Below, one piece after another: positions 23,130 through 36,960 of a stretch of DNA of 64,000 bases; the first letter of the stretch is position 1; every line of letters begins with the position of its first letter. Source of the stretch: Nageia nagi (lineage: Eukaryota; Plantae; Pinophyta); contig JBITNC010000001.1 of the NCBI GenBank assembly GCA_050084985.1, forward strand, positions 177,444,001-177,508,000, read 5' to 3'. The notes beneath the pieces are model-generated. The model was not told where the DNA came from, did no database searches, and saw only the letters and a list, made by a program, of their open reading frames with translations. Made by a program: the position numbers and the translations under genes.

Positions 23130-25385
23130 GATGAATAATAGATAATAAGAAAATAGATAATCCCTAAAGAAGTTCCCTTCCATTTCCTCTTAGCAATCTT
23201 GGAGATGACCTCCTATTCGATTTTGCCTCCTCTTTCTTCTTGAACTCCTCTCAGTGAAGAAGCACCTTCTTGATGTAGGCAAAAGAGATACATGTGGATT
23301 TAGAATAGGTATTAATGAGGCTCTTTAGGTCATATAATACTTGGGATAATCTTTAAAGGATCTTCCCAAAGTCTCCCTTGGAAGCACTTTGGGTAAGATT
23401 CATTTTCTCATTATGTGTGAACTTTTGCTTCTTTTGGAATGGAAGAGATATGAGTCCTTTGATTCCATCTCCATCAATATCTTCCATCCTCCTTCCTTTG
23501 TCATATTTTATGAGTCCTATTTAAATACTTTTGAGTCATTTTGGAATTTTAATGCTCTATATTTATCACAAGCTCATCCTTTATCTCTTGAGAAAATTTC
23601 CCTTCTCCTAAGATGTCCTCTTTAGCATGGGGAAGTGAGGGGGTACCAACTAGAAAGGTAGTTTCATTGTTTCCCTTTTCATCCTTGATTTTTTAACTCC
23701 CTTTGATCCAAATTTTAGGTTTTCCAAGTTCAAAGTGGAATTGTAGTTCAATATTAGAGGAGTTGGGCCTGGTTCTCCTTTCTTTTCAACCAAATATTTG
23801 AAGACTAAGTAAAGTAGCCCTTAGTATCATGGAAAATAAATTTTCCTTTTTTAAAATCCTTAGTAATCTTTTGGAGTGAGGAAAATACAAAGTGTGGGAT
23901 ATTCACCTCCTTCATTATAAACATATTAAGGAATGATAGGTGGAAGGTACAAATAATATTTAAATGATTATCTAAGGTAATGTATTATATAGTGACCATC
24001 ACTAGTTTCATCCATAAGGTGGGTAAGGAATTCCAGTTGATGATGCTATATAAATTTTAAATTATATCCTTATTTCCTTTAAAAATATAAATTTCATATG
24101 TAATAAGGTGTTTCTATTGATTAATTTTATCCCCTTTTAATGGGATCCCTAAAACCTCTGAGAGAAGCTCTATGTTGAAGGTGAAGACTTGCACATTCAC
24201 CTTCACTTTTCCTTCATTCCACAATTGAACCATTGCCATTACAAGATCCTAATACACACCTTAAAATAAATTCAAAAGTTCCTATTAACTAGATTCTATC
24301 AAAGGGTTTCATGCATCCTTATTGACTTCTAGAGAAGTTGGGTCCATGTAATAAGAAATATCTACCATGAAAGGAGGTATTTTTCATCAATATTGGAGTT
24401 TTAAACTAAGAAGGTAAGGTTGTGCTTATAGTATTATGTATTTAATTATGAGCATGCTTCAACTTTGAGTTGGCCAATCCATATTATTCTCCATAAATAT
24501 GCTATCACCTCTTGATATGTTCTTGATCCACTCATATACATTTTTGAAGAGAGGGTAACTCCTAGTAATTAATTCATGATCACATATAGGCTTTAGTACA
24601 TCGTAGATTGATGCCATAATAATGGAATAATTATCACCATCCCATATTAAATTTTTCATTTTGTTTTCCAAAGAAATGGAGGACAATGCCAAATTTTCCA
24701 TGTAAGAACATTTCAAAAGGTTTAGAAACTTGAAACTTTGATCTTCCTTCATAGAGGCTCCCAATAATATTTGCATAGGGTTGAAGCATTTTTAAGAGTC
24801 TAACCCATAAATCTAATTATCCCTTATATCCCTAAAATCATTTCCATTAAATCTTGAGGAAATTTGATCCTCCAAAGACTTAAATTTTCCATCATTATAC
24901 CTTTATTTTCCCAAAGATTTGCTGTAACATACCTTTCCCTATTAGATATTTTGAAATTTGTGACCGAACCAAGAATTGGTGATTCATTTGACTTCTTTAA
25001 TAATATCTACAATATTCCATTTGGGACTCTGGTGGTATCTAATAATGTTCACTAAATTCAAAGAGTCCTAATTTATCACTATTTTATCTTGATTCAGGTT
25101 ACAGAGGAGAGATACTTCCTAGAAGATATCTCTTATATCTATAAAATGAATAGTTTTAGGAGCCCCAAAGTTCAAATAAATATAAATTGATCTTTGAATT
25201 ATCATCCTTGACTATCCTCCCAACTACTAAGATCCCTAGGTTTCCCTTAAAGGAACCATCAAAGTTTAGCTTCAACCACCCTTGAGGAGGTAGGGATGAT
25301 CTAATAAGCTCCCTAAGGTTATTTTTATATTTTAAATGAGATGATCTATATACCCCAAAATTGTTATTTATTTTGGATTCCCCTT
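23130..25385 (-). pseudogene. Retroelement accessory block: LINE-type RNase H domain, a second degenerate ORF, and a downstream accessory ORF
   Basis: PPQGWLKLNFDGSFKGNLG...NREGN-like RNase H (RVT_3 pattern); downstream VQVFTFNIELLSEVLGIP...YITLD...VNIPHF resembles Gypsy accessory ORFs. Confidence 0.6.
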
Positions 25386-25387
25386 AG

Positions 25388-25846
25388 CTCATAGAATACA
25401 ATGATTCCAAGATATGCACAAAATAGGTTTTTTTGAAAAAGGCTCTAGAGACTTTTAAGTAGATGCAAATGTCAAGTGTAAGTAAAGAGAAACTCTACAA
25501 TATTTTCTAGCATTCTTACAACAAGTGCCACTATGGGAGCTCTCAAAGAAGGTATGAACAACCATAAAAGAGTAGTTGAAAATGGATTTTGATTGAATTT
25601 TATGGTTGTGAACACCTTGATAGAAATGTATGCAAAATGTGGAAGAATACACAAGGCCTGAAAATTATTTGACAAGATGCATGATATAGACATAATTTCA
25701 TGGAATATAATGATAATAGGATATGCATAACATGACGTAGACATGGTTTTATGGAATACAATGATCATAGGATATGCATAAAATGGATAAGTTGAAAGGT
25801 CCCATGAATTGTTTAATAAAATTCCTCATTGAGATGCAATCTCATA
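25388..25846 (+). pseudogene. PLS-class PPR pseudogene, segment 1
   Basis: VVNTLIEMYAKCGRIHKA*KLFDKMHDIDIISWNIMIIGYA; KALETFK*MQ; stops mostly from C>T/G>A. Confidence 0.92.
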
Positions 25847-26955
25847 TGTAGATAAAAAATAATGTGCAATGCAATAAATATAACACTATTTCTCTACAAA
25901 TTAAATGTTGAAGTATACATCCAAAATATACCAATTACAACAATAATAAATATGTACCTTTATTAGATCTAATGAAATAAACCATAAGTAACACATTCAC
26001 ATAATTGCAACTCATTTAGATTCCATAATAGCAATGCCAACATATTTAGAGTTTGCATGCCATTGAAAATGTGAAATATGCAAAGTTAGACACAAAAATT
26101 GAAAGCTAAGAAACATGATGAAGGATAGATAACAAATCCATGGATAAGTGGTGTTACAAAATACTATTGTTATTTAGATATATGATATGCATGTATTCTC
26201 CTATCTCGTTGATCATGATCTGCTCATAATGATTCACTGGATTTGATATTCTTTTATAGCAACAATTAGATCTTCTCTTTTCCTTGCTATCATCATATAT
26301 TACATAGTTTGTGATGCCTTCATAGGCATTTAATATCACTTACATTATTTAGTAGTCCTTTTACATTGATTACATTGTATTGGATATGTTTCAATGCCTT
26401 TTTACAATAAATATCTCTTGATTCTATAAAAATGAATTATTTAATAAATAAGAATCCATTTTTGGCATCTATATTTTACCTCATTTTGGAGCTATAATGA
26501 AATACATGAAGTTACATATCCAAAGAAGGAGAGTAGAAAAAGTTTTTTGAGAACTTTGAATTCTTATATAACAACATAGTCTTTTGATGTAGGCCCTTCA
26601 CTGGCCCCTTTTGGTTTGGTTTCCCTAGGAAAGATCCTTTATTTGGTGTAGCCAAGATAAAACATGAGGAAATATCTCCTTTACCCCTTGTAATACTCAA
26701 GCATGAAATCAACTACTCCTTCATCTCTATTACTAGGGAGTATTATATTCTAGCATCCATGTATTGATACAAAAGGTTTTTTGAAATTTCATATTTTGTT
26801 GAGGCATAATGAATTACACCAACGATGTATGGAAAATACTACAAATGACATGGAAACATTGAATTCTAAAGATTTTTTTTTGACATGTAGAAAGAAGCCA
26901 AATTAGTAAATACCCTATAATAGTAATTTTATTAGAAACATCAAACAAAATTTTT

Positions 26956-27505
26956 TGGATACATAGTGAAATGTATTGTCCATTGGGAATGAACCAATAT
27001 TAACATTCCCACTAATGGTTGCATCACCAATTTCCTTTTAAGTGAGTGAACTCTCACTAGTCATATCGATGACCATCGATGGTCATACATTTTATGTCTA
27101 TGATTTGAAGATATTATGCTTTTATGGTTGTAAGAATAACAAAAAATGGATACATAGTAAGGCATATCATCCATTGGGTATGAGCTAATGTCAACATCCT
27201 TACTCATAGTTGCATCTTCAATTTTATTTTAAGTGAGTGAAATTTCACTAGCCATATCGATGGCCATTGATGATCATACATTTTTTGTCTATGATATGAA
27301 TCCACTATGCTTTTATGGTTGTAAACATAACCAAAAATGGATACAAATTAAGATGTATCATCCATTGGGTATGAGCCAATGTCAACATCCTTACTCATGG
27401 TTGTATCACCAATTTTATTTTAAGTGAGTGAACTCTTATTAGCTGTATCGATGGCCATCAGTGATCAGGCATTTTATGTCCTTGATATGAAGATATTATG
27501 CTTGC
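26956..27505. repeat. 191-bp tandem array (about 3 units) in the Tat 3' non-coding region
   Basis: TGGATAC unit starts at 26956, 27147 and 27338. Confidence 0.9.
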
Positions 27506-28166
27506 TATTTTTTTAATTTTTTTAATATTTTTATAAACTTTACAAGATCAATGATGTGCAAGAAGAATTATCTCATTGATTTTGTTCAAGAAGCAAAAAT
27601 AAAACTTGAAATAAAAATAAAATATACTATACACATACATCATTTTGATACATCATGATAATTTGAGACATTGGGTTATGTGCTTCATGCATATAAGCAT
27701 TTGAGATGCATGTAATTGAAGATTTTTGGCTTTTCTTTATCATCCATGGAAGATAAATTGTACACACCTGATCATGTAGCATCCATTAAAATGAATGGTC
27801 CTAACTAATTTGTCTCAAATTTTCCTTTATCATTCACAAAATTTTTATTTATATTTTCTTTTAGCACCAAGTCTCCTACTTGGAATGTATTTGGCTTGAC
27901 CTTTTTATTGAATGCTCTTTTTAACCTTGCATGATAGGCTTTTTGATGTTCAATAGTATGAATTATTTTTTCATCAAAAGCTTATAACTTCTATAACCTT
28001 GCTTTTCTAGCATCTTCATTTGGTACATCTCCATGTAACCAGATTCTCAAAGATGGAATCTCATGCTCTAATGGTACAATAACCTCATCACCATAAACTA
28101 ATGAGAATGGTATTACCCTGGTAGCATTTCTTACACTTATTTAATATGTCAAAGGTTCATAAGGTG

Positions 28167-29753
28167 GAGGGAAATTTATAATGGAAGTTTATCACAAAAT
28201 AATAATTTTTTTAGGATCTTTTTAATTTTTTAATTTGCTATTTGTTTCTCATCGACCTAGGCCCATGTAGCCTAATTTTTCCAGGTTTTATTTTTTTTCT
28301 TGGTTAGCTAGCCAAAATTTTATAACTTTAAAGTAGTTTTATATAAATTAGCCAAACATATCCTTATCTATTTCACACCTTATCACCTATATTTTATAAA
28401 TATTTTTAGTTTTCCCAAGTGAATTATCTATTGAACTCAAGTGCTATAGTGAAAATAATATGAATATGAAAGAGAAAAACATTGTACTATAAGAGAAGAA
28501 GATGAGCATCTTGTTGGAGAAGATGAGCATATTATTAGTGGAGATAATTATTTAAAGAGAGAGTATGAGAATCTTGTTATAGAAGACAAGCATCTTTGTG
28601 CATAAGATGAGTATCTTATCAAAGAATATGAGCAACCTGTAACTTCAAGAAGGTACTAAAACTAGTTTTAGCAATTTATACCAAATGTGCTCTCTAAATT
28701 ATGTAATAACTTCACCATTGGATATATCTCATTGAGTACATGTGAAATGAGTGGTCACATAACCCTCTTTGGATCAAAATTGAGCTCTAGAAGATGCTCA
28801 TCATCTTACCTCTCAAGACACTCATTTGCACTGATAATATAGTCTCCCGTATGCACTTGATGAGATCTATCTAATGTTAAAGTTATTACATTATTTAGAG
28901 ATCATATTTGGTCTAAAATACTAAAAATAGGTTTGAGAAACCTGTAACTTCAAGAATGTACTAAACCTATTTTTAGTAATTTAGACAAAATTTGATCTCC
29001 AAGTGATGAAATAACTTTACCATTGGATAGATATTGTCAAGTATAAGTGAAACAAGTGACCACATGATCCCCTTTGGATCAAAATTGAGCTATAGAATAT
29101 GCTTATCATCTTACCTCTTAAGATTTTGATCTACATTAACAATGCAATTGCTCATCTACTTGTATGGTGAAGGTATTTCACCTTGTAAATATCAAATTTT
29201 GTCTAAATTACTAAAAATAGATTTACTATGTCCTTGAAGTTACAAGTTGCTCATCTTCTCTGACAAGATGTTCATATTATGCAATAAGATGCCCATATTA
29301 TGTAATAATATGCTTTTATTATGCAACAAGGTGATCATATTCTATAACAAGATGCTTGTATTCAAAAATAATTCAAGCATCTTCTATCACAATTCAAGCA
29401 TCTTTTATCACAAGTCAAGTACCTTCTATCATAAGTCGAGCATCTTATGTCACAAGTTGATCATCTTAATAACAAGTCAAAATTATTCAATAATAAGTTG
29501 AAAGTATTTAATAACAAGTCATGCATCTTCAATAACAAATCGAGCATCTTCAGTCACAAGTTGAGCATGTTCATCTTCTTCTCTTACTAATATATTTATT
29601 AAAAATATCATTGTTTTTTACATCATAGTTCTTAAAAATTTGAAATATCACCATCTATTATACTTGATTTTGGGATAGTCGTCAAGATTTCAAAATTGTT
29701 TTGTCACTATTTTATTTATTTTATTTTGCCAAAATTCCTTATGTATAACCCTG
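28167..29753. mobile_element. Non-autonomous DNA element interrupting the Tat integrase (hAT-like ends)
   Basis: INT is split between RDWHE..PY and ..AY..VRNAT. Flanked by ATAAGGTG/ATAAGGAA; right end rc CAGGGTTA, left end GAGGG. Confidence 0.6.
28470..29600. repeat. Foldback-like inverted-repeat structure with 21-bp subrepeats and a duplicated ~305-bp hairpin unit
   Basis: AAGATGAGCATCTTG-type 21-mers at 28490-28632 are mirrored at 29250-29590. Arm 28657-28740 is the reverse complement of 28852-28934; unit 28632-28935 is repeated at 28936-29250. Confidence 0.85.
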
Positions 29754-30834
29754 ATAAGGAAATCACTCATGCCAATCTCTTTTGTACCTATTCCAAGTTT
29801 TTGAAAAAATACTCTTGATTATTTTATTTGATGACTTTTCTTGTCCATTTACTTGTGGGTAGTAAATAGAATAAAACTTTTAATTTATATGTAACTTCTT
29901 GCAAAAAGCTTTAATTTCTTTACCTTTGAAATTTAATCCATTGTCCATTATCAATTGTTGTGGGACATAAACCTTGTGAAGTTATTCTCAATCAAGAATT
30001 TTATAATCTTGTCTTGTGTGACTACTTTCATAGGAATTTCTTTAACTCATTTAGTTATATATTTCATTGTAGTAATAATGAATTTAATGACCATCTCTTG
30101 AGTGTGGATTGATCAAGCTAATTATATCAATACCCTAAATTGTAAAAGGTCATGGTGACACAACTAAATTAAGCTCTTGCATTGGTTATTTTTTTAGATT
30201 AGAGTGTTTGTAGTATTTTAGATAAGTTTTGACATGATCTTTGCAATCTTCTTCCATTATTGGCCAATAATATCCTATGTGCAAAAGCTTTGTATATAAA
30301 GCCTCTGTAAAGAAATTACCTCTACATATATCCTCATGTCCTTGTTATAGTGCTATTTCTACTTCATTATGTGTGAGGCATCTTAATAGAGCTCGAATGA
30401 TATCCTGTATAATTTGTCACCCATGATAACATATTTAGGATTTTGATGTATTTAATGTGATCTTCTCATTTATGTGAAAATGTGTTAGAATAGTTTGATC
30501 TTTGAGGAATGATAAATATCTGCATACCAAATTGGTGAAGTTCCTTCTTATGTAAGATAAGATAATATACCTTCATTTCCTTTTCTTCAAATGAGCAAGA
30601 TAGATGGCTCAATTTATTAATTTTGAGGATTATTTTCTCATCTTTTATATCAATAGGAATCAAGGAAGCAATGCATTCCATTGCATCTGCATATCTATTG
30701 TTTGTTCTTGGAATGCTTTTGATTATGTACTTATCAAATTGAGTTAAGAGGTCAAAAACTACCATTTTGTAAGGGATCAATTCTCATATTTTGTATTGTA
30801 GATATCTTCAACTTGGATAACCATAAGTATGTAG

Positions 30835-31121
30835 TAGGGTTCATTTTAAGAGCCCCTCCAAGAAACTCCCTTAGAAAATATTTGATGAATATGGAATACA
30901 AATATTTTTAACATATCAATGGATTTTGGAAATTTTTGGAAAATAATGGCTATTTTTGAAAATCTTTTGAAAAATTTGGTGATTTGACTAAGAAAATTAA
31001 AAAAAATTGGAAACTTTTGGTGAATTGGGCCTTTTTAGAACTCCCAAAAATAGCCATTTCTAATGGTGAGGATCCTTAAAATTTGCTTATTAATGAATAT
31101 TCATGGCTAAAATGAAACTTG
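30835..31121. mobile_element. Small MITE splitting the Tat additional RNase H
   Basis: TIR-like TAGGGTTCATTTTA / TAAAATGAAACTTG; interrupts YG(D)S..LVI..V; no clear TSD. Confidence 0.55.
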
Positions 31122-34100
31122 GTTTGGATTCGCCATATATATTCAACTTTGTAATTTTTATTAGCACAACTATTCTCAAATCTAATATTAATACTTCATA
31201 CTCTGCCATGTTGTTAGTACAATTGAATCCAAGCTTATATACCATTGGAATTATATTATTAGTTGAAAAACTAAGATAATACCTGCTCCTGGTCCATGTG
31301 TACACTTACATCCATCAAAATATAACATACAAGCTTTAGTTTCATCCTTTAGATAACACATAAACTCATCCAAAATATTCCATTGATCATTGTAATAGTA
31401 TGGATATGATCTGCCACACCATACATGATCTAAAGGAGGTGCATATTGATCATAATCATTTGAGAACTCTTCATGTATGAAGGCCACATCATTATGAGGG
31501 AACTCTTGCTATCAAATTTTCTATTGCTTATCCTTTTATTAACTTTTTCTTTACCACATTAATGTAAAATTCTTGCAAAATCATCAACCATTTTGCTACT
31601 CTGTCTAATAATGCTTCTTAGCTGTAAGATATTTTAAAAGATTGAATAGTCTAACAACATATGTAGTGCAATATAACATATTTTTAGTTGTACAAACTAT
31701 ACCAAAGTAGAGTTTTTTCATGGGAGTGTACCTTGTTTTGTAATCTATTAGAGTCTTACTGAGTTAGTAAATTGCTCTATCCTTCTTATCATCATCTCCC
31801 TGACATAATATTACCCCTAAGATAACCATTGTAGCTGAAATGTAAAGATATTCCTCTTTGCTAAAATCCATAGGTACTAGGATGGGAGGATTAAGAATAT
31901 ATTATTTTATATTTTCAAATGCTTTCTGATATTTTTCATCCCATATAAATTTAACATCCTTTTTTAATAAATAAGTGAAAGGTAAACATTTATCTCCAAG
32001 TTGTGAAATGAATCTTCTTATCAAATTTATCTTACCTTGGAGGCTCCTCAATTATTTCAGATTCTTTGGATGTAGCATGCTAAAAATGGCATTTACCTTT
32101 TTGGGATCCACCTCAATACCTCTTTTAGAAACCATGAATCCTAGAAATTTTCCTAAAGTAACACCAAAAGCACACTTTTGTGGTTTAAGTATAATATTGT
32201 AAATCTTAAAGATGCTAAATACCTCTTAAATAAGCTCTAAATGATCTTTTCCCTAATTTGATTTCACCAAAATGCCATCAACATAAACCTGTACAAATTT
32301 ATGAATGTGCTCATGAAACATGGTTACCATTGCACATTGATAGGTTGCACTTGCATTTTTCAATCCAAAGCATATATATTTATAACAAAATTTTTGCCAT
32401 GGTGTAGTAAAATCTATTTTATGCTAATGAACTAGATTGATTAGAATCTAATTATATCTTGAAAATTCATCCATAAAAGATAAAGTATCATGGCAAAAAA
32501 TACTATCCATAATCATATCAATATTGGGAAATGAAAAATCAACTTTTGAAAAAGCATTATTAATATCTCTAAAGTTAATACAAATTATTATTTCCCCATT
32601 TTGTTAAGTAACATGAACAACATTAGACATCCATTTTGAATAATCTATTGGTCTTATGAAACCAATATTCAAATATTTTGAATCTCTTTCTTAAATAACA
32701 ATGCTTTTGAAGGATGTATCTTTCTTGGTTTTTATTTAATAGACTTTTTTGTCTCTTTTAATGGTAAAGTATGCTTGAAAAAAGATATATCTAAACCAAA
32801 CATATCAGAATAAGACCATGTAAAGTTATTATGATATCCAACAAATTTATTTTTGTACAATCCTGATCACTTGTACCAATGTTGACATCAATTAATTCTT
32901 GAGTAGAAAATGTTGAATCCTCTTTATTTTGCAATAATTAAGGTAATTATTTTAAACCATGATTGTCATGATCATAATCATCTTATTCATCAACTTATTG
33001 AACTCAAAAAACTTCATTAAAATTTATTTCTTGTCCAAAATACCCATATTGACTAAGAACATAATTTGCTTTCCTCTTTTCATTAGACTTGGGAAATTTT
33101 GAATGTGCCCCCATGAATTCTAATATATCATCATAGATAGAAAAATAATCAAATTGAAGAAGTATAATATCATAAATCCATAATTCCTCATAAATATCAT
33201 CATGAATCTCAATCATATTGCATTTTAGAACAAACTAAATGGGTCCTAAAGTTTTCTTTGTATTCTGGTAACTACCCAATCCATTTTTGTCTTTTTGTGC
33301 TCCTAAATTTTTAGAAAGAGAAAGCATACCTTGTTATGATTTTCCTAATCCTCCCCTTGTATTTGCAATTTTGAGTCATATATTTATGCACAAAAGGAGA
33401 TGGAAAGAGATTTCCCATGTTCTATTTTACTATACTATTGCTTGATTGAATAGGTTTCAAAGATAGAGATGTTGTGGAACATGAACCACTCGTCTGTCCT
33501 TCATTCTCACAATGTGGATGCTCAAAAACATCCTTAGCATGATGTTAGAACTTTGAATCTTTTACAATTTTTGGATGACCCAAGTATTTTACAGAAGAAA
33601 ACATATTAAGGTTCTCGATTCTGTACATTCTCATACCTACATCTGTAACTTTTACCTCTTTTTTTTCCTTTGTTAATGCTGATTCAACTTCTTTTGGAAT
33701 AATTTGAAACTCAGGACAAGTTAAGTCCAATCCCTCAATATCCAAATCTACTAAATTACATAGTTCATATGGTTTTGGATCCCCTATTATTTCATGTATT
33801 TGTCCCTCATAGTCATACTTTAAATGATCATGTACTATACAAGGTATTACATCCATGTCATCTAACCAAGGTCTCCCTTGAAGTAAATTATATGAAATTT
33901 CACCACTCATGACATGAAAATATTCTTGAATGGTTCTAATAACCAATGCGATTGGAAGTGTGACTAAGCCAAGTGATTTTTGGGATGAACTATCATAGGT
34001 TCTTATGCAAAAAGTTGGTTCTACTAAAAGTGAAATAGTAGCATTATTATCTTAGACTTGTTGTAAAACCTTTTGGGAACAAACATTAAAAACTAAACCA

Positions 34101-36359
34101 AGATCTACCATTTCTTTTTTTATTTCCCTTTAGTATATAATAGGTGTGACATAAAGTGCTAAGCATTTAGATATGAGTTCCTTACTAAGTTTTTTAGATT
34201 TGAAAAATGAAATAGCATCACAATATTTGTTAGATTGAAGTTTTTTCAGAAAATAAACTAGAAAAAATATTTCTAGGGAATGTTTCTTTTTTGAAAAACT
34301 CATACAATAATTTCTTATGTTTCTTAGATGTATTAATGAGATCATATAAGCTAATCTTAGTAGGAGTAGCTTTCAATTATTCTATCATACCTTAAGCTTT
34401 TGGATCAGGTCTAAATTGGATTTAGATTGGATCTTGGGAATCCTCTTCTAAGTGTGGTACAAATATCCTCATCCATTGATATTATGTTTATTTCTTGATA
34501 TGAATCTAAAGCATTCTCTTTAATTTCATACTTTCCTTGAACAATGAGATCCAATATATCTGCCTCTAGATCCTTGCATCTATTTGTAGAGTGTTCCCTT
34601 CTTTGATGATAGGTATAATAAGCATACAAATTACCCATGAAAATACTATCATTTTTTGATTTTATTTTTAATGGCTTAAATAAAATATTTTTAACCAAAT
34701 CTTGTAGAATGAGGCTTGAATGAATAGGAAAAGTAAATTTATTATTCCTTATTGTAGTAGATCCAGTAAGAGTAGGTTTTTTCAGCCATGTTTACATTCT
34801 TTTCTTCCTTTTTTACATATGTTTTTTATTATCCTTGTTCCATTTAGTATTTGTATACATGAGTGAATGAAGCTCAATCAACACTTTTTCTTTTGCTAAA
34901 GCTCATTTAGTCATAACTCCAAAAATTAACTTACTATAATCAAGAGCATATTGCTTAGTAATTGGAAGAATAGAATAAACAAAAATACCACATATTTCCT
35001 TTTCATCTAAATGAATATGAATGGATTCTTATACCTTTTTTAATTTTGTAATGTATTTCTCTAGGGTTTTGTTGGTTCCTTATCGCAAGGCACAAAATTC
35101 TATAATTGTACTTTATTCTTTGATATTATGCTTGTACTGATTCATAAATATCTTTACCAATTATTGAAATGAGTCTATATATCCATTAGGAAAATTATAT
35201 AACCATTTATTGACATCATATTTCAAACTCCTTAGAGATAATTTCATCATTAATTTCTCCTCATATCCCAATTTCAATAAGCACTCCTCTTGAAAGCTGA
35301 TAAGATATTATTTCAAGTCTTGTTCACCACTAAACATCTCAAACTTGGGGGTCTTAAGGTTGGGTGGTTGGGGATAATTATGGATATCTTCCAATAAGGG
35401 TGCGGTGAAGACACCATCATAGTATTCATACTACTATGAGATTTATTATCATTCTCAAGATTTAAAATTCTAGCTACTAGGGTAGCCTTAGTAGCTAATT
35501 GTGTACTACTAATAGATGCCTGTTGCTAGGGAGAAAGATGAACCGTGAGTTAGATCATTTGTTACAATATTTGTTGGAGCTATTGAAATATTTGTTGTAT
35601 ATTTTTTACTATTTTGCATTATGTTAACACTTTATGAATAGGTAAAGCATGATATTGATATAACTAGTTAAAAATTTGCAAGATCTCATCTAGGACAAAT
35701 AGATCATTAAAGATAATGGGTTCACCAAAAATTTAGATAGAAAATAATACGCAATGAAATAAACACAACACTAGTTATCTTAAAATCAAATACTAAAGTA
35801 TACATATGAAATATACCAGTTTTAGTAACAAGAAACATGTATCTCTATTAGATCTGATGAAATAAAACACAAGTAATACATTCACATAATTACAACTCAT
35901 TTGAATACCATAATAACAATGTCAACATCTTTAGGGTTTTCATATCATCGCCTATGTGAAATACATATATTTAGACACATAAATTGAAATTTAAGAAATT
36001 CAACAAAGAATATATAACAAATCCATGGATATGTGGTGTTACAAAATATTGTTATTATTCAGATATATGGTATGCATGTATTATCCTATCTGGTTGATGA
36101 CTATCTACTCATAATGATTCATTGCCTTTGATATTATTTTATAAAAACACATGGATCTTCTCTTTTCCTTGGTATCATCACATATTATATAGTTTATGAT
36201 GCCTTCATAGGCATTTCACACCACTTACATTGTTTAATGTTCCTTTTACATTGATTACATTACGTTGGGTGTGTTTGAATCTCTTTTTACAATAAATATC
36301 TCTTGATGATATACAAATTAATTATTTAATAAATAAGAATCTATTTTTAGGCATATACA

Positions 36360-36960
36360 TCATGAAATACAATGATATTAGAATATGGCCAAAATAGTCT
36401 TTCTAAAAAGGCTTTAGACACTTTTAAGTATATCCAAATGTTATGTGTAAAGCCAAAATCTACAACCTTTGCGAACATTCTTCCAACATGTGCCACCTTG
36501 GTATATATTAAAGAAGGTATAGAAATACATCAAAGAGTAGTTAAAAATGGCTTATATTTTAATGTTATGGTTGTGAATGCTCTAATAAATATGTATGAAA
36601 AATATAGAAAAGTACATAAGGCCTGCAAATTATTTGATAAGATGCATGATATAGATATAGTTTCATGAAATACAATGATTAGAGGATATGAAATTCATAG
36701 TTATTTAAAGGATTCCCTTAAATGATTTTATTGGATGAAGCACTTGGGAACTAACCCTAATAATATAACCTTTGTATGTGTAATACTTTCATGCAACCAT
36801 GCAAGTCTAGTGGATGAAGGTCGTAAATACTTTAATAACATGAGTGAATTTTATTGCATTATTCTTAGGATGAATAATTATACATGCATTGTATACCTTC
36901 TTGGTCATGCAAACTAAGCCCATAAAACTTGAATAAGATGTGTCTTGCATAATTACATGG
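36360..36960 (+). pseudogene. PPR pseudogene, segment 2 (continues segment 1 across the Tat insertion)
   Basis: Join reads DAIS|*NTMILEYGQNS; ORFs 36372 and 36735 give P/L/S and C-terminal motifs (TFVCVILSCNHASLVDEG, YTCIVYLLG). Confidence 0.92.

Larger units (their letters stand above)
25847..36359 (-). mobile_element. Ty3/Gypsy Tat/Ogre-type LTR retrotransposon (degenerate)
   Basis: LTRs 25847-26473 and 35732-36359 (~628 bp); TSD TCATA/TCATG. PR (YNLLQGRPWL), RT, RH, an additional RNase H (LYFDG...CTNNMAEYE...PRTNNRYADA) and INT (PFSLVYG) are readable. Confidence 0.9.

Noticed and set aside
27440-27470. Hammerhead-like CTGATGG...CGATAC on the minus strand of the 191-bp unit
   Set aside because: It lacks the invariant CUGANGA and GAAA cores and is not conserved in the other units.
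26956-27505. CRISPR-like array
   Set aside because: The units are homologous along their whole length with no unique spacers; eukaryotic retroelement context and no cas genes.
29247-29501. 84-aa ORF with heptad periodicity
   Set aside because: It is the translation of the 21-bp subrepeats of the foldback arm; no evidence of coding.
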